Shown piece after piece: positions 1-7,096 of a stretch of DNA of 64,000 bases (the first letter of the stretch is position 1; every line of letters begins with the position of its first letter). Made by a program: the position numbers and the translations under genes. The stretch comes from a bacterium (GTDB lineage Bacteria; UBA8248). Under the pieces are notes generated by a model. The model had not been told where the DNA came from, did not search any database, and saw nothing but the letters and a program-made list of their open reading frames with translations. The stretch lies in the NCBI GenBank assembly GCA_963692865.2, contig OY843592.1, forward strand, positions 1,184,001-1,248,000, written 5' to 3'.

Positions 1-550
1 CCATGTGGATTCCCACGCCGCCGCCCGCGCCCACCACGGCCACGTTCTCCATGGGGCGAACGCCCGCGTGGCGGATAACTTTATACGGCGTGGCCACGGC
101 GTCGCAGATGACGCTCACCTCGGCGGGGTGCGCCCGGTAGTCCAGCCCCTCGGGCAGGGGGATGAAGCTCCTGGCGGGCAGCTTGACGTATTCGGCGTAG
201 CCGCCGTCCATCCGGCGCCCGACCTGGCCTGCGAGATTCTCGCACAGGGTCTCGCGGTTCACGCGGCACCAGCGGCAGCGCCCGCAGGTGAGGTAGTAGT
301 ACGCCGTCACGGCGTCGCCTTCGGTGAGCCCCTCCACGCCCGCGCCCGCCTGGGTGATTACCGCTGTGATCTCGTGGCCTATCACGAGCGGGAAATTCCC
401 GCCCATGCGGCCCGTCCGGGTGTGTTCGATCGTGAGTCCCGCGCCGCAGGCCAGCACGCGCGCCACGGCCTCGCCCGGCCCCGCTGCGGGAATGGGTCTC
501 TCCTCCAGGACGAACGGAGCGCCCGCCTCCGCCAGTACCATCGCCTTCAT
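1..550 (-). CDS. Zinc-dependent alcohol dehydrogenase (MDR family); C-terminus runs off the window edge
   Basis: Manual translation (not in the ORF track): MKAMVLAEAGAPFVLEERPIP...ACG...IGHEI...CGRCRWC...LC...VVGAGGGVGIHM. Shows the GHE motif, structural Zn cysteines and a Rossmann glycine motif. GGGAG RBS upstream. Confidence 0.85.
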   Translation of the reverse strand, partial: MKAMVLAEAGAPFVLEERPIPAAGPGEAVARVLACGAGLTIEHTRTGRMGGNFPLVIGHEITAVITQAGAGVEGLTEGDAVTAYYYLTCGRCRWCRVNRETLCENLAGQVGRRMDGGYAEYVKLPARSFIPLPEGLDYRAHPAEVSVICDAVATPYKVIRHAGVRPMENVAVVGAGGGVGIHM

Positions 551-650
551 GTCGTCTCCCGCCATGTGTGGAGTGAAAGTGTTCCGGTGAGTTTAGTGCA
601 TCTCACCCGGATGGGGTATTGCGCGGGGAACGTAAACCGTTCCGGCTTCG

Positions 651-1640
651 CTAGTCGGTTCGGATGTCTTTCGCCCACTCGCGGTTGGCCGCGTACCACT
701 CCACCAGATGCGCGAGGCCCTCCGCGAGCCTCACGCGGGGCCGCCAGCCCAGGAGCCTCTCCGCCTTCTCGACGTTCGCCCACGTGGCATCGACGTCGGC
801 GGGGTTGCGTTCCTCGTAACGGATACGGGCTTTCTTCTCCGTGAGGGCCTCGATGCGGGCGATGGCCTCGTTCAGGACGACGGGCTCGTCCGAACCCAGG
901 TTGACGACCTCGTAAGAGAGCGGCCTGATGGCCGCGATCGTGCCCCTCGCGACGTCGTCCACGTAGGTGAAATCGCGCGACTGCGTTCCGTCTCCGTAGA
1001 CGATCACGGGCCTTCCCTCGGCTATCCACTGCGTGAAGCGGAACAGGCTCATGTCGGGCCGTCCGGCCGGGCCGTAGACGGTGAAGTAGCGCAGCACGCT
1101 CACGTCGATCCCGAACAGGTGGTGATAGGTGTGGCAGAGCGCCTCGGCCGCTTTCTTGGAAGCCGCGTAGGGCGAGAGCGGCCTGTCGCTCGGGGCGTCT
1201 TCTCGAAAAGGCGCGGGCGCCTCCGCCCCGTAGGCGCTCGAAGTGGAGGCGAGGACGAACTTCATGACGCCGAAATCCCTGCACAACTCCAGCAGGTTCA
1301 GCGCGCCCGTTACGTTCGTCTCGAAGTAGCCCCAGGGATTCTCGATGGATTGGCGCACTCCGGCTCGCGCGGCCAGGTTCAGGACGGCGTCGAAGGGCGG
1401 CGCATCGCCCGCGTTTTCCGCGAACAACGCGCGCAAAGGGTCGAGACGGGCGATGTCCATTTCATGAAAAACGAAACCGGGCCTCGCCTTCAGGCGCGCA
1501 AGACGGTAGCCCTTGAGGCGGACGTCGTAGGCGTCGTTCATCTCGTCGGCCCCCACGACGGCGTGGCCTTCATCCAAAAGGAATTCGCACACCCTGGAGG
1601 CGATGAAGCCCGCGGCGCCCGTGACGAGGTATCTGGCCAA
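651..1640 (-). CDS. NAD-dependent nucleotide-sugar epimerase (UDP-glucuronate 4-epimerase-like, extended SDR)
   Basis: TGAAGFIA, NLAARAGVRQS, YAASK, RYFTVYGPAGRPDM and RDFTYVDD motifs. Confidence 0.9.
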   Translation of the reverse strand: MARYLVTGAAGFIASRVCEFLLDEGHAVVGADEMNDAYDVRLKGYRLARLKARPGFVFHEMDIARLDPLRALFAENAGDAPPFDAVLNLAARAGVRQSIENPWGYFETNVTGALNLLELCRDFGVMKFVLASTSSAYGAEAPAPFREDAPSDRPLSPYAASKKAAEALCHTYHHLFGIDVSVLRYFTVYGPAGRPDMSLFRFTQWIAEGRPVIVYGDGTQSRDFTYVDDVARGTIAAIRPLSYEVVNLGSDEPVVLNEAIARIEALTEKKARIRYEERNPADVDATWANVEKAERLLGWRPRVRLAEGLAHLVEWYAANREWAKDIRTD

Positions 1641-1751
1641 AACGGATTTCTCCTTGCGACGAACTCGTTGACGGCGACGCCAAGGCTATCAGGGGCGGGC
1701 GGTTCAGGCAAAACGACCAGCGTAAATTCAGGTTTTCCGAAGAAGAAAACC

Positions 1752-1832
1752 CGACCCTCAAGGGGTTGTTGAAAAAGTCCACGGAAGGAGCGCACCGAAT
1801 TTCACTCCCCCCTTGAGGGGGTTGTTGAAAAA
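1752..1832. repeat. Two unpaired MITE left ends fused to fragments of the CTCCCCCCTTGAGGG repeat
   Basis: GGGGTTGTTGAAAAA at 1762 (after CCCTCAA) and at 1818 (after CTCCCCCCTTGAG); no clear matching right ends. Confidence 0.65.
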
Positions 1833-1864
1833 CCTGTCCCTATCGGGTCAACCACGTTTTATCC

Positions 1865-1928
1865 GTAGGGGCCGTTCGCGAACGGCCCTTCCCGGAGAAG
1901 AAACGGGCGCTTCACGAAGCGCCCCCTG
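1865..1928. repeat. GTAG-type REP doublet (REPIN-like)
   Basis: GTAGGGGCCGTTCGCGAACGGCCC followed by the inverted partner GGGCGCTTCACGAAGCGCCCC. Confidence 0.7.
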
Positions 1929-1971
1929 TCCTCATTGCCAGTAAGAGCGTCAGCGCCGCATCAAGGGATAG

Positions 1972-2087
1972 CCCTTCGATACGCCGCCTCCGGCGGCTAC
2001 TCAGGGTGAGGAAAACAAAAAACACCCTCATCCCGAGTAGGCCCGCAAGGGCCGTATCGAGAGCCTGCCCTGAGCCTGTCGAAGGGG
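1972..2087. repeat. Family-B palindromic repeat pair (CCTTCGATAC...CTACTCAGGGTGAGG / CCTCATCCYGAGTAG...GTATCGA)
   Basis: Inverted pair; the same family occurs at 35235-35347, 39792-39899 and 45707-45836. Confidence 0.8.
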
Positions 2088-2146
2088 ACGCGGGAAAACG
2101 GCCTTCCCGTCCCCCTTGTCGTGAACCCCCGAACCCCCCCTTGTCA

Positions 2147-2458
2147 GGGGCTGTTGAGAAAGTCCCGCAAAAGGAGCGTACTGAATTTCACTCCCCCCTT
2201 GAGGGTCGGGCTTCCCGAGGGGAGAGCCCGACGAAGAGGCCGAGTCCTTTGGACGAAGGCCGATTCGGTGGGGGGCAAATCTCGTTTTGCGCCATTCCGA
2301 ATAATACCCCCCACCAGTTCGCTTTCGGGCTTACGCCCTCAGCTCACTGACTCCCCCTCAAGGGGGGAGTGAATTTCCCCTCTACTTGTTCGACAATAGC
2401 CCTCAAGAGGTGAGTCAATTCATAAGCGCATGTCGATTGGGACTTTTTCAACAGCCCC
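2147..2458. mobile_element. MITE (non-autonomous IS derivative) carrying a family-A repeat; 5-bp TSD TGTCA
   Basis: TIRs GGGGCTGTTGAGAAAGTCCC / GGGACTTTTTCAACAGCCCC; TGTCA at 2142-2146 and 2459-2463; inserted into a CCCCCCTTGTCAG-type palindrome. Confidence 0.85.
2184..2376. repeat. Family-A long palindromic element (TTCACTCCCCCCTTGAGGG ... CCCTCAAGGGGGGAGTGAA)
   Basis: Terminal inverted repeats with internal hairpins; other copies at 36426-36611, 38756-38995, 39475-40149 (split) and 52715-52907. Confidence 0.85.
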
Positions 2459-2517
2459 TGTCAGAGGGGGGCTTTTTTCACCCCTCGCCGTGGGCATTGC
2501 TTTTACCCCCCTGACAA

Positions 2518-2710
2518 GGGGGTGTTGAAAAACCCCTCCTTGCTCGGATTGACCACCGCCGTCATTGTCGTTTCTATTGTAGGGGCCGCATATCATGCGG
2601 CCCGGCTTTTTCGCCTTCACAATACGGGTCGCATGATATGTCAGACATATATGTCCGACCTACGGGTAAAACGTGGTTGATCCGAGAGGGACAGGTTTTT
2701 CAACAACCCC
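2518..2710. mobile_element. MITE carrying a GTAG REP doublet; 5-bp TSD GACAA
   Basis: TIRs GGGGGTGTTGAAAAACC / GGTTTTTCAACAACCCC; GACAA at 2513-2517 and 2711-2715; the empty site rebuilds CCCCCCTGACAAGGGGGGACAGGGGGG. Confidence 0.85.
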
Positions 2711-2738
2711 GACAAGGGGGGACAGGGGGGTTGGTTTT

Positions 2739-2809
2739 GTAGGGACAGGTCCCCGTGCCTGTCCTGACGCGCCCTCCAATCAGGGACAACCACGGGGGGT
2801 TGTCCCTAC
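2739..2809. repeat. GTAG-type REP doublet
   Basis: GTAGGGACAGGTCCCCGTGCCTGTCC ... GGGACAACCACGGGGGGTTGTCCCTAC. Confidence 0.8.
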
Positions 2810-3013
2810 GATTCCTGAATCGAAGATATCCCGCACTCCGTTAAAACACGGCCCGTGCTTGAAATCCGCGGCGCAATCCGCAATGGTTGGTTTGATATGG
2901 GCGAACATATTCTCCATGCGGTTGGGGGAGTAGCCGCTTCATGTTTCTCGGGCCGTGTATGGACTTCGTGTCCAGCGAACCCGGTTCTTGTAAAGATTGA
3001 TTGAGAATCCGAG

Positions 3014-3943
3014 ATGGCGAACGTGTTGGTGACGGGAGGCGCGGGCTTCGTCGGCTCCCATGTGGCGGAGGCCTGCCTGGAGACGGGCGATTCCGTCTGG
3101 GTGGCGGATAATCTCGCTACGGGCCTGTTGGAGGACGTTCCCGCGGGCGCGGTTTTTTGCGAGGGCGACGTGGCCGACGCCGCGTTCATGCGCCGCGTGG
3201 CGGAAGAGGCGCGCCCCGGCGTCATCCACCATCTGGCGGCCCAGTCGAGCGTAACGCACAGTCTGGCCGACCCCGTGTTAGACGCGCAGGCGAACGTCCT
3301 GGGCACGCTGAGCGTTCTGGAGGCGGCCAGGAACATGGACGCGCCGCCCCGGGTCGTCTACGCCGCCACGGGCGGGGCGTGCTACGGGGATCCCGAAGAG
3401 GAGATTGTGGACGAGAGCTGTCCCCTCGCTCCCGCCTCCCACTACGGGATGAGCAAGGTGGCGGGCGAGCGGTATCTCGCCTTCTACGGGGAGCATTTCG
3501 GGCTGCCCGTCGCATCGCTGCGCCTCGCCAACGTCTACGGGCCGAGGCAGCGCGCGACGCTCGACGCGGGCGTGATATCCATATTCGCGGATAAGCTGAC
3601 GAAGGCCGAGCCCCTCACCCTCTACGGGCACGGACGCGCGGGGAGGGACTACGTCTATGTGAAGGACGTGGTCGAGGCATTCCTCATGGCGGGGAAGGGA
3701 GGCGTGGACGGCGGGGCCTACAACGTCGGCACCGGCGTCGTCACCGAGGTGGAGACGCTGCTCGAAGTTCTCTGCCGCCGGATGGGGAAAAACCCCGTGA
3801 GCATCGAGCGCGCGCCCCTGCGTCCGGGCGAGGTGTTCCGAATCGGCCTGGATGCGAGCGCGTTCCAAAGAGACGCTGGCTGGCGGCCCGGCTTCTCGCT
3901 CGAGGAGGGAATCGCCGCCTTCCTGGAATCGCTTGAGGTTTAA
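3014..3943 (+). CDS. NAD-dependent epimerase/dehydratase (UDP-glucose 4-epimerase-like)
   Basis: TGGAGFVGSH, HLAAQSSV, YGMSK, NVYGPRQ and RDYVYVKDV motifs. Confidence 0.9.
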   Translation: MANVLVTGGAGFVGSHVAEACLETGDSVWVADNLATGLLEDVPAGAVFCEGDVADAAFMRRVAEEARPGVIHHLAAQSSVTHSLADPVLDAQANVLGTLSVLEAARNMDAPPRVVYAATGGACYGDPEEEIVDESCPLAPASHYGMSKVAGERYLAFYGEHFGLPVASLRLANVYGPRQRATLDAGVISIFADKLTKAEPLTLYGHGRAGRDYVYVKDVVEAFLMAGKGGVDGGAYNVGTGVVTEVETLLEVLCRRMGKNPVSIERAPLRPGEVFRIGLDASAFQRDAGWRPGFSLEEGIAAFLESLEV

Positions 3944-4365
3944 GCCGGCAGGCGGCCGTAGACGCGCTCGGGCGTCACCAGCACGGCGACCGCGCCCTGG
4001 TCCACCATCGCCTGGTCGTATTCCTCCCAGTCGGGATGGTCCGAATCCCCGCAGGCGCGAAATACCTCGCGGAACATCACGCGCATTTCCTCTTTTTCGG
4101 TGTTCTCGTAGTCGAAGAGTCTGGCCTTGCCCTCCACGCACACCCATGTGCGCCAGTCGGGGGTGACGTAGAGCACCGTGCACCGGGGGTTCCGCCGCAG
4201 GTTCCCCAGCTTCACCGACCAGCCGCGCACGATGACGAACGCGGCGCAGTCCTCATACGCCCCGCAGACGATGACGCTCGATTGCGCCGTGCCGTCCGGC
4301 CTCAGGCTCGTGACCACCCCCTTGTGGTTTTTCTCCATAAACGGCCTTGCATCTTCGAAGTTCAT
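3940..4365 (-). CDS. PPOX-class (pyridoxamine 5'-phosphate oxidase-like) probable F420-dependent oxidoreductase
   Basis: TSLRPDGTAQSS...KLGNLRRNPRCTV...VEGKA...HPDWEEYDQAM...TPERVYG; start moved to ATG 4365 (GAGGT RBS). Confidence 0.8.
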   Translation of the reverse strand: MNFEDARPFMEKNHKGVVTSLRPDGTAQSSVIVCGAYEDCAAFVIVRGWSVKLGNLRRNPRCTVLYVTPDWRTWVCVEGKARLFDYENTEKEEMRVMFREVFRACGDSDHPDWEEYDQAMVDQGAVAVLVTPERVYGRLPA

Positions 4366-4447
4366 GAGATACCTCGCTAGGAATGAGAGAAACGGATGTT
4401 TTCGCCATTGTAGCAAAATTCACGGATGAACGACGCCATGAGGAGAG

Positions 4448-4981
4448 ATGCCGATGAGCCGTCTTGCGCCGCTTGAGCCCGAGAACATGCCGCCCCGTCA
4501 ACGAGATGCGTATGAGGAACTCATCGCCAACCAGCGCGGCGGCGTGCGCGGGCCTTTCGGCGTCTGGGTGCGAAGCCCCGGCCTCGTCATCGCCCTTCGC
4601 GGGCTGATGAAGTTTTATTACGAGGAAAGCGTCATCACCGAAGACATCCGCGAACTCGCCATCATCATCACCACGCGCCATATGGGGGCGACCTACGCCT
4701 TCTCCGCCCACGAGGCGCAGGCGCTCGACAGCGGCCTTACGCCCTCCCTCGTGGCCGCCGTGATGGCGCAGGAACAGCCTGTAGAAGGTACTCCGCTTGA
4801 GCTTTGCGTGTACAGGTATTGCACCGAGCTGCTCGAAACCAAAAAGGCGTCGGACGCCGCCTACCGGGAGGCGTTCTCCTTGCTCGGGGAGAAGGGCGTG
4901 GTCGACCTCACCGCCCTCGTAGGCTTCTATTCGGCCATCTCACTGACGCTGAACGCCTTCGAGATACCGCCCGTTACGTGA
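4448..4981 (+). CDS. Carboxymuconolactone decarboxylase (CMD/AhpD-like) family protein
   Basis: GPFGVWVRSP, RELAI, H..QAL..G and VVDLTALVGFY...LNAF pattern. Confidence 0.8.
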   Translation: MPMSRLAPLEPENMPPRQRDAYEELIANQRGGVRGPFGVWVRSPGLVIALRGLMKFYYEESVITEDIRELAIIITTRHMGATYAFSAHEAQALDSGLTPSLVAAVMAQEQPVEGTPLELCVYRYCTELLETKKASDAAYREAFSLLGEKGVVDLTALVGFYSAISLTLNAFEIPPVT

Positions 4982-5115
4982 GGGGGAGATTTAATTTTCT
5001 AGTACGAACCTTTATTATGAAAGTTCTGCCCACCTTTAAGTTGTCTTCGCCTATGCTTTCTAGACTTGCCGAATACGAAATTTAAAACTTAGATGACGAT
5101 AATAAAACGAAAGCA

Positions 5116-5124
5116 TGGTATAGT
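5116..5124 (+). promoter_or_regulatory. Extended -10 promoter (TGnTATAGT), probably giving a leaderless transcript
   Basis: TGGTATAGT ends 6 nt before ATG 5131; no Shine-Dalgarno in between. Confidence 0.45.
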
Positions 5125-5130
5125 TTTAGA

Positions 5131-6474
5131 ATGGTGAATAAAAGAACACATGAAATACGAGATCCCATCCATGTTTTCATCAGACTGGATTCTGATGAGA
5201 GGAAAATTCTTGATTCGCCCCCCTTTCAGCGGTTGCGCCATATCCATCAACTGGCTTTGACCTATCTTGTCTACCCGGGTGCAACCCACAAGAGGTTCGA
5301 GCATTCACTCGGCGTCATGGAGCTTGCAAGCAGGATTTATGATGTCGTGACGGAACCGGAGAATATTTATCAGGAGTCTGAATCCGTCAGGAACATGATT
5401 CCGAAGCATAGGGAGCTTGGGCATTTGAAATGGAGAAGGACGTTAAGGCTTGCGGCGTTATGCCATGACCTGGGCCATCTGCCGTTTTCCCATGCGTCCG
5501 AAGCATTGTTGCCGCAGGATTGGGATCATGAGCGCATGACGATGGAAATCATTTTGGGCGAAGAAATGGCAGGCATCTGGAAAGAAATAGACGTTCAGCC
5601 GGAGCATGTCGCGAAATTGGCGATTGGCCCTCAAAAATCGAAAGATTATATGAATGCCGATCTTGACGAATGGGAAAGTATTTTATCGGAAATCATCACG
5701 GGGGACGTGTTCGGCGCCGACAGGATGGATTATTTGCTGCGGGATTCCTATCACGCGGGGGTCGCCTACGGGAAATTCGATCATCACCGTTTGATTGACA
5801 CGATTAGGATATTGCCCAAGCAGGGAACGGATGATTCGCAAGAAACGGATATTTCGGAAGAGCCGCATCTGGGTGTCGAGGAAGGCGGATTGGAATCCGC
5901 CGAGGCATTGTTGCTTGCGCGATACTTCATGTTCTCACAAATATATTTTCACCCCGTTCGCCTTATATATGACGAGCATTTGTCGGATTTTTTGAAATCC
6001 TGGCTGGAGGGAGGGATGTTTCCGACGGATTGCCGAGGGCATTTGAAGCATACGGATAATGAAGTAATATCCGCCATGTTATCCATAGCCAAAGATAAGT
6101 CTCACCCCGCCCATTTGCATGCTGACCGAATAATTCATCGGCGGCATTTCAGAAGTATTTACAGGTCTACTGCGGAAGATAGAAAACTTTCAGGTTTCAA
6201 ACCTGGCAGGAAAATATATGAAGCTGCTTGCGAGATGTTCGGTGAGGAAAATGTGAAGCATATTGAAAGAACTCAAACGAGAAGAATCAATGATTTCCCG
6301 GTTCTCGTACAAAGGGCGAGAATTACGGGCGCGTTGAGCGAGAAAGAAACTTTCTCGGGGGTTCCGCTGGCGTCCTGTGGGCATGTTTTCATTTCATCCG
6401 AAATGAGAGGTCGAGCCGGTAACTGGCTCAGAGAAAATAGAGAGAAAATCCTTTCATCCGTTGAGGGGGGGTAG
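5131..6474 (+). CDS. HD-domain phosphohydrolase, SAMHD1/YwfO-like dNTP triphosphohydrolase
   Basis: IRDPIH, FQRLRHIHQL, YPGATHKRFEHSLG, LCHDLGHLPFSH, ADRMDYLLRD and RYFMFSQIYFH motifs; visibly AT-richer than the flanks. Confidence 0.9.
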   Translation: MVNKRTHEIRDPIHVFIRLDSDERKILDSPPFQRLRHIHQLALTYLVYPGATHKRFEHSLGVMELASRIYDVVTEPENIYQESESVRNMIPKHRELGHLKWRRTLRLAALCHDLGHLPFSHASEALLPQDWDHERMTMEIILGEEMAGIWKEIDVQPEHVAKLAIGPQKSKDYMNADLDEWESILSEIITGDVFGADRMDYLLRDSYHAGVAYGKFDHHRLIDTIRILPKQGTDDSQETDISEEPHLGVEEGGLESAEALLLARYFMFSQIYFHPVRLIYDEHLSDFLKSWLEGGMFPTDCRGHLKHTDNEVISAMLSIAKDKSHPAHLHADRIIHRRHFRSIYRSTAEDRKLSGFKPGRKIYEAACEMFGEENVKHIERTQTRRINDFPVLVQRARITGALSEKETFSGVPLASCGHVFISSEMRGRAGNWLRENREKILSSVEGG

Positions 6475-6479
6475 GAGAT

Positions 6480-7019
6480 ATGGAGCGATTGGAGAGAGCC
6501 GCTGTTTTGCTGTCTTTGGTTGAGAAACTAAAAGACGGAGACAGTTGGTGCGGGGAGACGCACGTCCAGAAGAGCACCTATTTTTTACAGAATTTATGGG
6601 GTGTCCCGCTGGACCTCGATTTCATTCTCTATAAGTATGGCCCCTTTTCTTTTGACCTGGGCGATGAAATATCCTGGATGCGGGCGAACGACGTTCTCAA
6701 ATTGCAGCCGCAGCGGCGTCCTTACGGACCGAAGATCGTGCCTGCTGAAAACGCGGAACTCTTGAAGAGAACGTATCCGAAACAAATGGAGCGGTATGCC
6801 GATGAGGTTCAAAAGGTCGCGGATGAATTCGCCTATATGGGCGTGGCGACCCTGGAGAGATACGCGACGGCGCATTACGTCTCGCAAAATTACGAAGAAG
6901 TGGGCGAAGGCGGGATCGCGGCGAAAATCGCCGAATTGAAGCCGCACATCAGCCATGTCCAGGCGGAGGAAGCCGTCGCGTTTGTTGCTCAGTTAAGAAG
7001 CGATTTGTCGGATTTGTGA
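6480..7019 (+). CDS. YwgA-like / Panacea (DUF4065/SocA)-like protein
   Basis: GETHVQKSTYFLQ...DFILYKYGPFSFDL resembles the LQK..Y...YGP.S motif of YwgA/Panacea proteins; starts 5 bp after the HD gene. Confidence 0.6.
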   Translation: MERLERAAVLLSLVEKLKDGDSWCGETHVQKSTYFLQNLWGVPLDLDFILYKYGPFSFDLGDEISWMRANDVLKLQPQRRPYGPKIVPAENAELLKRTYPKQMERYADEVQKVADEFAYMGVATLERYATAHYVSQNYEEVGEGGIAAKIAELKPHISHVQAEEAVAFVAQLRSDLSDL

Positions 7020-7096
7020 GTGATGCGCACTCGTCTTTTTTGACCAACAAGAATCCTTTTCTCTGCGATTAACATAAATGGCCAGCAGGCATGCCC

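Noticed and set aside
2006-2933. Short ORFs in the repeat mosaics (also 39389-40257, 60136-61275, 62226-63002)
   Set aside because: They are translations of palindromic repeats, lack an RBS and show no transposase motifs.
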